Translations under genes and position numbers: made by a program
Shown here: piece after piece, positions 1 through 10,480 of the stretch
How positions within the stretch are numbered: position 1 is the first letter of the stretch
How the letters are laid out: every line of letters begins with the position of its first letter
Source: Macrostomum lignano
Lineage: Eukaryota
DNA: 26,632 bases
Reading direction: 5' to 3'
Assembly (NCBI GenBank): GCA_002269645.1
Contig: NIVC01002098.1
Location: 1-26,632, forward strand
The notes under the pieces: model-generated
The model's database searches: none
What the model was told of the DNA's origin: nothing
Seen by the model: the letters and a program-made list of their open reading frames with translations, nothing else

Positions 1-111
1 GTATAGAGATTCCGTGTGAGAATGGTTAGCATAGAGATTCCGGTGTGAGAATGGTGTGAGCATAGAGATTCCGGCGTGAGAATGGTGTGAGCACAGAGAT
101 TCCGGTGTGAG
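1..111. repeat. 31-bp minisatellite, about 4 copies (CATAGAGATTCCGGTGTGAGAATGGTGTGAG), probably continuing left of the window
   Basis: Direct reading: full unit at 61-91, near-identical units before and after; the first units carry small deletions. Confidence 0.9.
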
Positions 112-1358
112 AAATTTCAGTTCAAACTAGAAAAAATGACTTTGTTGCAACTGTTTGTTATGTACTGTTTGGTTCAGCGAACCGATGTCACTTTGATATA
201 TGTAACGCATCGGCAGTAGCCATGTTCTTAAGCCTTCGGCACTGGCACAACTCCATACGGATCTTACCGCTGCAGAAGACATTCTTCCAGGTCGTTCCGT
301 GGCCAAGTCGGTCTTAGCTTTCCCCGCGTCGATTTTGTTGATGGGCTAAACTCGCTGGGATGGAATTGATGTGATAGATTGGTCCAGAAAGCGCCGAGAG
401 GGAAGATAAGAGTCAGTGGGAGTGGGGTGGGTGGTGCGCCGGAGTTTTCGACAGCCTCAGAGTCGGACTATTTGATTTAATTATCAGGAGGGACGATCGG
501 GGTCTCAGTGGCTAGTTCTCGCCGATTCTGAAGAACCGTTCTCTCTCTCTCTCTGTTTATAGCCAGCTAAGCTCGACTCTCTCTATAAAACTGAATCGCA
601 GGTGGGTCGAGGAAGCAACAGGAAGAGAGGGTGGCACGAGCCCGGCTCTGCAGGTCCGCGCAAGTGCGCAGTCAGTCTCTTGGTATTTATATGCGAGAGC
701 GGCCTGCGGTGAGGGAGGAACCCGCTCTCTTTCCCTCTCTCTCCCAGTCTGGCTCAGTGGAAGAGGAACTGGGAGGGCAGTCAGACAGAATTAGGCTACG
801 GGGGGGTCTATATAATACAGTAGGTACACTTCGCACCAGCGAACATACTACCGTTTGGTGGGGGGATATTACACACACACGCACAGACGCACACACACGC
901 ACAGAGAAACGCACAAGGCGCCGACCAACCAACCCAGGTCGTACGTCTATAGTGAAACTCCTAGCTCTCTCTCTCTCTCTCAGTCAATTCCCATTGACTC
1001 AGTTCAAGGGAGAGAGTAAGTTGGGAGAGAGAGCCTATGACTCATGCAGTTCTTGGCTATCTTTGCCTCGTGTATAATGCCAGGTCTGCCTCCCTCCGGG
1101 TGGGACCTTGACCCGCTGCCTCCCGAATCTCCACATCTAGGGTTTGATGCCGCTGTCCCGCTGGCCACTTCTTATATCTGGAGAAATTCTGCTCGGGCGG
1201 CAGCTGCGGGCCTCAAGCTGCGATATAGGGATTTTTTCCCACAGGATCAATAACAAGGGAGAGAATTTGGGAGGGGGCTGCTAAGGCCCACTAAACAACC
1301 TGTCTCCAGCATGTTGAAGATTTGAAGACAACAGGTTAAACAACTGCTCTTAGTGGGT

Positions 1359-1471
1359 GGTCATGTCAATGACCAGTTGTAGTAGAGAGGCGGTCATGCT
1401 AATGACCATTTGGAGTAGAGGCGGTCATGCTAATGACCAGTTGTAGTAGAGAGGCGGTCATGCCAATGACC
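1359..1471. repeat. 31-33-bp tandem repeat, 4 units, each with a 16-bp hairpin GGTCAT-N4-ATGACC
   Basis: Palindromes at 1359-1374, 1392-1407, 1423-1438 and 1456-1471; linkers are near-identical (AGTTGTAGTAGAGAGGC-like). Confidence 0.9.
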
Positions 1472-1744
1472 AAGTTTAACACAAGCAATCCTTCACGTGA
1501 CCCGTCTTGACCAAAGAAGAAAAATCACCCATTTTTTTACCCATTTGAGGTTGCAAATCTATGAAATTTTATGCTTGATTAATGCGCAGATTTTCAATGG
1601 GAGGGCAACTGCTACAAGTCCTTCAGACTCTTTATGAAAAAGTCTGCACAAACATGAAGTTTGGTTCCGAACTAAGAAAGACTTGAGAACACACGACGCT
1701 ATTCGTGAACTTCGTTTATATTAGAAGTCCGAGCTTCGTGAATC

Positions 1745-2018
1745 CAAGGACCCCTGTAGTATAACAGGGCGCAAAACTCAAAGATCGTGTCGTTTTTGGA
1801 GGCCTATTTCAGGGGAAAAATACACTGCGGAGATAGGGAGAAATCTTTTTTAGACAAACAAAACACAAATGTGCTCCAATGCCACTTGTGAGTATTTACA
1901 ACTTTGGCCTCATAAAATAAAAATAAGATCTCCGCGGTGTATTCTTTCCAGCAAATCGGCCTCCAAAAATTTCACGATCTTTGAGTTTAACAACGTCCTG
2001 TTACTACAGTGGTCCTTG
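1745..2018. mobile_element. Short palindromic (foldback/MITE-like) non-autonomous element, about 90-bp inverted arms and a 93-bp spacer
   Basis: 1745-1834 (CAAGGACCCCTGTAGT...AATACACTGCGGAGAT) aligns with the reverse complement of 1928-2018 (CAAGGACCACTGTAGT...AATACACCGCGGAGAT), roughly 75-80% identical by eye. It shares terminal and internal motifs with 22591-23285. No TSD found. Confidence 0.75.
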
Positions 2019-2460
2019 AGTAAAGCGCAATCACACTCGCCAAATTTAAAGAAAGCGTTTTGAAGAAAGTGCAGATTTAGTTGCCAAGCTGAAAGGGATC
2101 AGACCATTGCCTGAGGGGATTTTGTCCTCTAGGGGACGGGGTCTGTCGGATGTTGGCTTATCTGGTCTGTTGGCCTCTGCAAAAGTGCAGGAGATTTTCA
2201 GGCCCAAGGGAAGCGAGAACCAGGAAAACCAACGACTGCATAGCAACAGTTGGAACAGAAATAATATTTGAAGTAATATTTTTAGTTTTTACAGATACAG
2301 CGGCTTTGAGGCTTACATGGCGCTAACTTTTCTATCGAATAGAATTGCTTTTTCACTTCAGCAATGGCGATCTCGAAACTTGGTCTTGGGGAAATGATAT
2401 TCCGCTGAAAAATGCTGTACCTGTTTTGCTTCTAAAGACAACGGGTGGAGACACGCTTAC

Positions 2461-2632
2461 GGACATTTCCCCTCCGGCGTTTCCCCTCCGGACATTTCCC
2501 CTCCGGCGTTTCCCCTCCGGATATTTCACCTCCGGCGTTTCCCCTCCGGACATTTCCCCTCCGGCGTTTCCCCTCCGGACATTTCCCCTCCGGCGTTTCC
2601 CCTCCGGACATTTCCCCTCCGGACATTTCCCC
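2461..2632. repeat. Tandem array of alternating 15-bp GGACATTTCCCCTCC and 14-bp GGCGTTTCCCCTCC units (29-bp dimer) forming the left TIR
   Basis: Direct reading; a shorter inverted version of the same units lies at about 3044-3101. Confidence 0.92.
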
Positions 2633-2689
2633 TTCATCTATAACGAAATAACAGTGCCTTCGGACATGTCCAAAGAGAACATAAGTTGC

Positions 2690-2900
2690 ATGTATATATA
2701 TAAATGTATATAAGTGTATATATAAATGTAATAATATAGTAACATTATAATATTATAGTATAAAAATAATAACATACAAAATAATATAATAATATAATAA
2801 TAATAATAATATATAAAAATTTATATATTAATAATAAAGATAATAATAATATATTATATTATAATTTTATTATAATAAAACCTATAATAAAACATAATAA
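2690..2900. repeat. Very AT-rich low-complexity core of the 2454-3107 element
   Basis: Almost exclusively A/T (TA, TAA, TAATA runs). Confidence 0.85.
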
Positions 2901-3924
2901 AACCTTCTACTCTCACTTTTTACTTACATAATTTTTAAAATAAAAGCGATCTATAACAGCATAACAACATGGATGTGACGTACATGCGTGCAAAACTTCT
3001 TTTTGGCATGTTCTAAAGCTCTGTTATTTCGTTATAGCTGCATGGGAAATGTCCGGATTGGAAATGTCCGGAGGGGAAACGCCGCCGAGGGGAAATGTCC
3101 GGTAGCCGTGGAGACAAGATCTGCAATGCTGAGAGCGAACGCCCTCGGCGATGTTACCACAACCACTCTTTTGCTGTTCTAGCCATTTTGCTGGCCAGCA
3201 AGGTGCTTGTAACCGAGCGTCTTAATGGTTGGGAAATGTCATAGAAGCAAATAATTTACTATTACTTTTTACTAGTCTTAACTGCGCACGCTGAGAGGGT
3301 GCTCATTTTAGATATTTTACTTCGTATAATATTATTTCAGGCTAATTAATTAATACTGCGAAAGACTAAATAGAGAAAAAACTAATTAATAAAAAATATT
3401 TTCCAACGCAACGGTAGTAAAACACAGGGTATTGAAGCTGATTTATGAAGGCTCAGGACAGTTGCATTCTGGCTTGTGTCATTTCTCTGATGAGTCATTA
3501 GGTAAAATACTTTATCCCCTGTTCAAATTGATCACGGGCAGCACTATAAGATCTCCAACTGCACTTAAACAGGAACTGAGCTTTAATTTACAGCCCCTCA
3601 TGGCACTTTGGACAGGTCCTGTTCTCCTTAGGGATCCTTGGTCTCGCAGTCCTCATTGCTTCGCAGTCCAGTTTATTGGCTTGCTTAACTAAACTGTGAC
3701 AGGGTTGAATTCTGGATTGGAAATTTCTAGGACACTACTTTTCAGTTGAGTAGTATTGATACCATTTGAAGCAGCACTATAAAGGACGCTACTCGCCTAT
3801 GCTGACAGTTTCGCATAATTTGACTATTCCAAGAGCGTCGCCATGGATTTTATGGTGGGGGGACAAAGCCAAGAATTCTACATGTAACACATGTACATTA
3901 TTTTGAAAATCAGTGTTGTCAGCG

Positions 3925-6900
3925 CTCATTTTGGTGCCGCAGGCACTCATTTTAGCGCCGCATGCACTCATTTTAGCGCTGCAGGCATTCATTTTAGCGC
4001 CGCAGGCACTCATTTTAGCGCCACAGACACTCATTTTAGCGCCACAGGCACTCATTTTAGCGCCACAGGCACTCATTTTAGCGCCACAGACACTTATTTT
4101 AGCGCCACAGGCATTCATTTTAGCGCTGCAGGCACTCATTTTAGCGCTGCAGGCACTCATTTTAGCGCCACAGGCACTCATTTTAGCGCCGCAGGCACTC
4201 ATTTTAGCGCTGCAGGCACTCATTTTAGCGCCACAGGCACTTATTTTAGCGCCACAGACACTTATTTTAGCGCCGCAGGCACTCATTTTAGCGCTGCAGG
4301 CACTCATTTTAGCGCCACAGGCACTTATTTTAGCGCCACAGACACTTATTTTAGCGCCGCAGGCACTCATTTTAGCGCTGCAGGCACTCATTTTAGCGCC
4401 ACAGGCACTTATTTTAGCGCCGCAGGCACTCATTTTAGCGCTGCAGGCACTCATTTTAGCGCCACAGGCACTTATTTTAGCGCCGCAGCCACTCATTTTA
4501 GCGCTGCAGGCACTCATTTTAGCGCCACAGGCACTTATTTTAGCGCCGCAGGCACTCATTTTAGCGCTGCAGGCACTCATTTTAGCGCCACAGGCACTTA
4601 TTTTAGCGCCACAGACACTTATTTTAGCGCCGCAGGCACTCATTTTAGCGCTGCAGGCACTCATTTTAGCGCTGCAGGCACTCATTTTAGCGCCACAGGC
4701 ACTTATTTTAGCGCCGCAGGCACTCATTTTAGCGCTGCAGGCACTCATTTTAGCGCCACAGGCACTTATTTTAGCGCCGCAGCCACTCATTTTAGCGCTG
4801 CAGGCACTCATTTTAGCGCCACAGGCACTTATTTTAGCGCCGCATGCACTCATTTTAGCGCTGCAGGCATTCATTTTAGCGCCGCAGGCACTCATTTTAG
4901 CGCCACAGACACTCATTTTAGCGCCACAGGCACTCATTTTAGCGCCACAGGCACTCATTTTAGCGCCACAGACACTTATTTTAGCGCCACAGGCATTCAT
5001 TTTAGCGCTGCAGGCACTCATTTTAGCGCTGCAGGCACTCATTTTAGCGCCACAGGCACTCATTTTAGCGCCGCAGGCACTCATTTTAGCGCTGCAGGCA
5101 CTCATTTTAGCGCCACAGGCACTTATTTTAGCGCCACAGACACTTATTTTAGCGCCGCAGGCACTCATTTTAGCGCTGCAGGCACTCATTTTAGCGCCAC
5201 AGGCACTTATTTTAGCGCCACAGACACTTATTTTAGCGCCGCAGGCACTCATTTTAGCGCTGCAGGCACTCATTTTAGCGCCACAGGCACTTATTTTAGC
5301 GCCGCAGGCACTCATTTTAGCGCTGCAGGCACTCATTTTAGCGCCACAGGCACTTATTTTAGCGCCGCAGCCACTCATTTTAGCGCTGCAGGCACTCATT
5401 TTAGCGCCACAGGCACTTATTTTAGCGCCGCAGGCACTCATTTTAGCGCTGCAGGCACTCATTTTAGCGCCACAGGCACTTATTTTAGCGCCACAGACAC
5501 TTATTTTAGCGCCGCAGGCACTCATTTTAGCGCTGCAGGCACTCATTTTAGCGCTGCAGGCACTCATTTTAGCGCCACAGGCACTTATTTTAGCGCCGCA
5601 GGCACTCATTTTAGCGCTGCAGGCACTCATTTTAGCGCCACAGGCACTTATTTTAGCGCCGCAGCCACTCATTTTAGCGCTGCAGGCACTCATTTTAGCG
5701 CCACAGGCACTTATTTTAGCGCCGCAGGCACTCATTTTAGCGCTGCAGGCACTCATTTTAGCGCCACAGGCACTTATTTTAGCGCCACAGACACTTATTT
5801 TAGCGCCGCAGGCACTCATTTTAGCGCTGCAGGCACTCATTTTAGCGCCACAGGCACTCATTTTAGCGCCGCAGGCACTCATTTTAGCGCTGCAGGCACT
5901 CATTTTAGCGCCGCAGGCACTTATTTTAGCGCCACAGACACTTATTTTAGCGCCGCAGGCACTCATTTTAGCGCTGCAGGCACTCATTTTAGCGCCACAG
6001 GCACTTATTTTAGCGCCGCAGGCACTCATTTTAGCGCTGCAGGCACTCATTTTAGCGCCGCAGGCACTTATTTTAGCGCCGCAGCCACTCATTTTAGCGC
6101 TGCAGGCACTCATTTTAGCGCCACAGGCACTTATTTTAGCGCCGCAGGCACTCATTTTAGCGCTGCAGGCACTCATTTTAGCGCCACAGGCACTTATTTT
6201 AGCGCCACAGACACTTATTTTAGCGCCGCAGGCACTCATTTTAGCGCTGCAGGCACTCATTTTAGCGCCACAGGCACTTATTTTAGCGCCGCAGGCACTC
6301 ATTTTAGCGCTGCAGGCACTCACTTTAGCGCCGCAGGCACTTATTTTAGCGCCGCAGGCACTCATTTTAGCGCTGCAGGCACTCATTTTAGCGCCACAGG
6401 CACTTATTTTAGCGCCGCAGGCACTCATTTTAGCGCTGCAGGCACTCATTTTAGCGCCACAGGCACTTATTTTAGCGCCACAGACACTTATTTTAGCGCC
6501 GCAGGCACTCATTTTAGCGCTGCAGGCACTCATTTTAGCGCCACAGGCACTCATTTTAGCGCCGCAGGCACTCATTTTAGCGCTGCAGGCACTCATTTTA
6601 GCGCCACAGGCACTTATTTTAGCGCCACAGACACTTATTTTAGCGCCGCAGGCACTCATTTTAGCGCTGCAGGCACTCATTTTAGCGCCGCAGGCACTCA
6701 TTTTAGCGCCGCAGGCACTCATTTTAGCGCCGCAGGCACTCATTTTAGCGCTGCAGGCACTCATTTTAGCGCTGCAGGCACTCATTTTAGCGCTGCAGGC
6801 ACTCATTTTAGCGCTGCAGGCACTCATTTTAGCGCCGCAGGCACTCATTTTAGCGCCACAGACACTCATTTTAGCGCCACAGACACTTATTTTAGCGCCG

Positions 6901-7062
6901 CAGGCACTCATTTTAGCGCCGCAGGCATTCATTTTAGCGCTACAGGCACTCATTTTAGCGCTGCAGGCACTCATTTTAGCGCCGCAGGCACTCATTTTAG
7001 CGCCGCAGGCACTCATTTTAGCGCCACAGGTACTCATTTTAGCGCCGCAGGCACTCATTTTT
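3925..7062. repeat. 21-bp minisatellite array, about 149 units (consensus GCCGCAGGCACTCATTTTAGC), with an exact 882-bp (42-unit) higher-order duplication
   Basis: Direct reading. Rare marker variant GCCGCATG has CATG at 3961 and 4843 (882 bp apart), and the variant order is repeated unit for unit over 3957-4838 and 4839-5720. Confidence 0.97.
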
Positions 7063-8076
7063 GAAGCAAAAGTTATTCATGGACCAAACAGCAATCAGAA
7101 GTATGCAGTTTTATAGGAACAGTCTTTAATTGATAATGAACTGTCTACTCGGTGAGTAGTCTGTCCAGCACATGCATTTACGGCATTGTTTCTTTGAGGA
7201 AAAACTAGCTATCTAGTCTACTTGCACCTTGAAGTTGTCCTTTTTTAAGCAACACATTCGGTTTTTTCGTCGGAAATATTAATAGAACCGTCCAGCCGGT
7301 GTCTCGGGGCAGGCCGCCATTGTTCTCTTACTTGCGTGTCCACTGCATGGAATATTAATTAGTTTCATAGAGTCTTGTACGCAGCTTCACAACGCCATAT
7401 TGGGCTAAGACTTGAACTGTATAACTCTACGAGTATTTTTTCATTGTTCTGGAAGAGCTGCTAGGGGGTTCTAAATATCTGCATCACCCTAAGGCGGTTA
7501 GTAACTCTGTCCCCGAGGCTGAGTGGCGGAGAGAGAGCGTGAGAGTTTGCATGCTGGCGCCAGGAGGCAGAGATGCTCAGACAGCTGTATTTTACTCTGC
7601 TTGCCTGCAACAGTCGAACCCCTCAGATTACTCATGGTGTAGTTCGCCTTCACTTTGAGGCTGGAATACAGTGGCGGCGTGTGATGCAGCCCAAGTTTGT
7701 TATGCTAGCCCAGGTCTTTAGGAAACTCGACGACAGTATGGGAGAGAATTGTTGTTTGTTGCTTGAGAATTGGAAGCCAGACGGGGCGGTGAGCTCATGC
7801 TGCTCATATTGCTATATTTGTACACTGGCCTCAGGGCATTTGATAGCTAAGACAGCATAAACTGCATGGGAAGTGCGTTGGGTCAGCACTGGGCAAATGT
7901 TTGCATTGATGTCTGCGGTATTTAAAGTTAGGCATACTTGTAGTTAGTATGCTGCTATTAATTGTTTATACAGGAATTTTCTAGAAAATTTTAAGCGCAA
8001 AGTATTTTTTTGAGTCGTCAATTTTTCGAAATTTTTTTCGAATATCCTAGTCTATAAAACAATCCTAGGGATTTCT

Positions 8077-8176
8077 TACTCAAGTAGAAGGTCTACTCAA
8101 GTAGAAGGTCTACTCAAGTAGAAGGTCTACTCAAGTAGAAGGTCTACTCAAGTAGAAGGTCTACTCAAGTAGAAGG
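8077..8176. repeat. 17-bp tandem repeat TACTCAAGTAGAAGGTC, 6 copies (last incomplete)
   Basis: Units start at 8077, 8094, 8111, 8128, 8145 and 8162; each contains a mini-hairpin (CTAC-TCAA-GTAG). Confidence 0.95.
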
Positions 8177-8310
8177 ACGGACGGAAGCCGTTTCTTGAAA
8201 AAAAAATTCGTTTTTTTGAAAATTTTCATTTTTTCAGCATTAAATTGTTTTTGCTTTTGATTGAAGACAGATCCAATGTTCAAACTTGATATGTCTTGCC
8301 ATTTTCATAA
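8161..8310 (+). mobile_element. Partial arm of the palindromic repeat family
   Basis: CTACTCAAGTAGAAGGACGG (8161-8180) is identical to 14840-14859. The downstream TTTTCATTTTT..CAGCA..TTGCTTTTGA..CAGATCCAATGTTCA matches about 14925-15005 and 22668-22750. Confidence 0.75.
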
Positions 8311-8348
8311 ACCCGAAAGTGCTGGCAACGCCTAACGCTATTTTGGTT

Positions 8349-8875
8349 TTCGGGGTAATGATATTTCGGGTTTGTGATATTTCGGGTTTGTGATATTTCG
8401 GGTTTGTGATATTTCGGGTTTGTGATATTTCGGGTTTGTGATATTTCGGGTTTTGTGAAATTTCGGGTTTTGTGATATTTCGGGTTTTGTGATATTTCAG
8501 GTTTGTGATATTTCGGGTTTTGTGAAATTTCGGGTTTTGTGATATTTCGGGTTTTGTGATATTTCAGGTTTGTGATATTTCGGGTTTTGTGAAATTTCGG
8601 GTTTTGTGATATTTCGGGTTTTGTGATATTTCAGGTTTGTGATATTTCGGATTTGTGATATTTCGGGTTTTGTGATATTTCGGGTTTTGTGATATTTCGG
8701 GTTTGTGATATTTCGGGTTTGTGATATTTCGGGTTTTGTGATATTTCGGGTTTGTGATATTTCTGGTTTTGTGATATTTCTGGTTTTGTGATATTTCTGG
8801 TTTTGTGATATTTCTGGTTTTGTGATATTTCGGGTTTTGTGATATTTCGGGTTTTGTGATATTTCGGGTTTATGA
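8349..8875. repeat. 16/17-bp minisatellite GATATTTCGGGTTT(T)GT, about 31 units, bounded by a short imperfect inverted repeat
   Basis: Direct reading. TCATAAACCCGAAA (8305-8318) is the exact reverse complement of the array end (8862-8875), extended by TTGCCA (8296-8301) and TGGCAA (8876-8881). Confidence 0.93.
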
Positions 8876-9029
8876 TGGCAACCCACTCAAGTTGGAATTT
8901 CCGCTTGGAAAAGGATAGTTGCCGCTCTATAATGATTTTTTAATGAAAAAATTTCATCTCTATCCGGCCCTAGGGCCCTTTGAAACTTCAAAATAGTAAA
9001 CCCGTCCTTTCAAGGTCTCTTCTCAACTC

Positions 9030-9057
9030 TTTTAGATCCTTTCTCCCCTCTTTTTTC

Positions 9058-9093
<36 letters not shown>

Positions 9094-9317
9094 CGTCTCT
9101 CCCCATTCTCTCTCCTCTCCTCTCTCATCTCTTCTCTCCTTTCATCTCTCATCATTTAACTCTTCTCTTCTCCTCTCTCTTCTTTCCTCTCTCATATCTT
9201 CTATCATCCTATATCTCATCTCATCTCTTCTCTCATCTCATCTCTTGCTTTTCCTCTCTTCTCTCTTCTCTCATGTCCTCTTTCCTGTTCTTCTCCTCTC
9301 TATTCACTCTCCTCTCC
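9030..9317. repeat. CT-rich polypyrimidine/(TC)n low-complexity tract
   Basis: Perfect (TC)n at about 9061-9090, followed by a degenerate CTCTT/CTCAT-rich stretch. Confidence 0.9.
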
Positions 9318-10194
9318 ACGGTCTGGTCCGCAATCATTAGCTGCATGGGTTCTTTACCTGGCTCTTAAGGTAAAAAAAGGTTGTTGACCCTTGAATTAAG
9401 GTAATAAATAGAATATTATCAATAAATAACGATAGCTTTTTACGGAAGATTTAGTTATGATGGTTGAAACACCTAGAAATTTAAAGTAAGAAAAAGCCAA
9501 TCTTACCTTTTGGGGTTCCGATGCGGTATCGGAATGTTCTCTTGTGATGGTCATCTGAAATATTTGTTTCTTGACCAACGGATATTAAAAATGTCAAAAG
9601 CTAATTCATCGCCACCAGCAGAAAGGGAGAGAGAGGTACAAAAAACTGCAGCCCGAGAAATGCGAACTAAAATTAAATAGCGCGGAAAAATATGTTCGCG
9701 TTTATAATAACGCAACACCGGAGAATTTGGAATTTAAACAAAATATAGCTATATACAGTGGTCCTTGTGTTATATCGATTGAAACCTGCTTGCTTTTAGT
9801 TAGAAGTATATTTATTAAAATATCGTCGCAGAAAAGAAATTATATCGTTATAAAATATTTTTACAACATCTTTCACACAGAAATTTATAAATAATCACAG
9901 AGACACTAATCTTTCTATTTACAAAAAAGCTACAGCAATAAAAACAACTGAAGGAAATAGTTTAAATAAAGTTATTTTCAGTGCAATACTGATACGAATT
10001 TCTTGTGCTCTCGGATTTAAAAGAAAAATGACATTAGCGAGAGTACATTATACGATATTTAATGTACTGTGATGAAAATACCAAATCACTGTAGTTTAAC
10101 AGATTTAGCACATATAATTAATAAGACATAAAAACACAATAACATAGCTGTAGCTGTTTACATTTCGGGACAACGCATCCAATAGTTTATCATA

Positions 10195-10200
10195 TTTATT
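10195..10200 (-). promoter_or_regulatory. Candidate polyadenylation signal (AATAAA) of the mGluR gene
   Basis: First minus-strand AATAAA (plus-strand TTTATT) found downstream of the stop at 10978; it would give a 3' UTR of about 0.8 kb. Position only, no transcript evidence. Confidence 0.3.
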
Positions 10201-10480
10201 TATGAATTCAGAAATTTATGAGTCAACAATCAATCAGAACGAGGGCATGCGTAAAATTATGCATAAACGTCTCAAAGTCAGGTCTCTGGAATGAATTGGA
10301 TCTTTCTATTAAAGAGAAAGCAATTAAAGTTAAATTTAAGAAATAAACATAATAATAAACGACCTTCTTTGTAGATCCTGTCTGAGTAGAACGTGATGAA
10401 ATGACCACATGAAATTTTATCGGCCTAACGAGTTTATGATATGAATTCCCTAATCTGACAGTCACAGATACTAAAATAGC

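Larger units (their letters stand above)
2454..3107. mobile_element. 654-bp non-autonomous TIR element with sub-repeated TIRs and a 9-bp TSD (Foldback/MULE-like architecture)
   Basis: Direct repeat GTGGAGACA at 2445-2453 and 3108-3116 immediately flanks imperfect inverted termini (CGCTTACGGACATTTCCCCTC vs reverse complement GGCTACCGGACATTTCCCCTC). The core is AT-rich with no coding capacity. Confidence 0.8.

Noticed and set aside
631-1253. ORFs at 631-1077 and 1044-1253, and similar short ORFs at 3432-3692 and 7573-7860
   Set aside because: Non-ATG or weak starts, low-complexity CT/CA content, no recognisable transposase, reverse transcriptase or host-gene motifs.
1359-1471. CRISPR-like palindromic array
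   Set aside because: The spacers are near-identical copies, there are no cas genes, and the context is eukaryotic. It is also not a canonical estrogen response element (6-nt spacing, no 5' purine).
2662-2671. GGACATGTCC, a perfect p53 half-site (RRRCWWGYYY)
   Set aside because: Single half-site only; explained as a fusion of the element's own GGACAT/ATGTCC sub-repeat.
2345-2713. ORFs with FPLRR/GKCPEG repeats, plus the repeat-derived ORFs at 8497-8886 and 20649-21070
   Set aside because: Translations of tandem repeats with no coding signal.
3789-7116. Three ORFs of over 1000 aa (SAAGTHF, APQALIL and ACGAKMS repeats)
   Set aside because: The 21-bp unit is a multiple of 3 and lacks stops in three of six frames. 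Overlapping ORFs on both strands, no synonymous bias among variants and no domain outside the array indicate an artefact.
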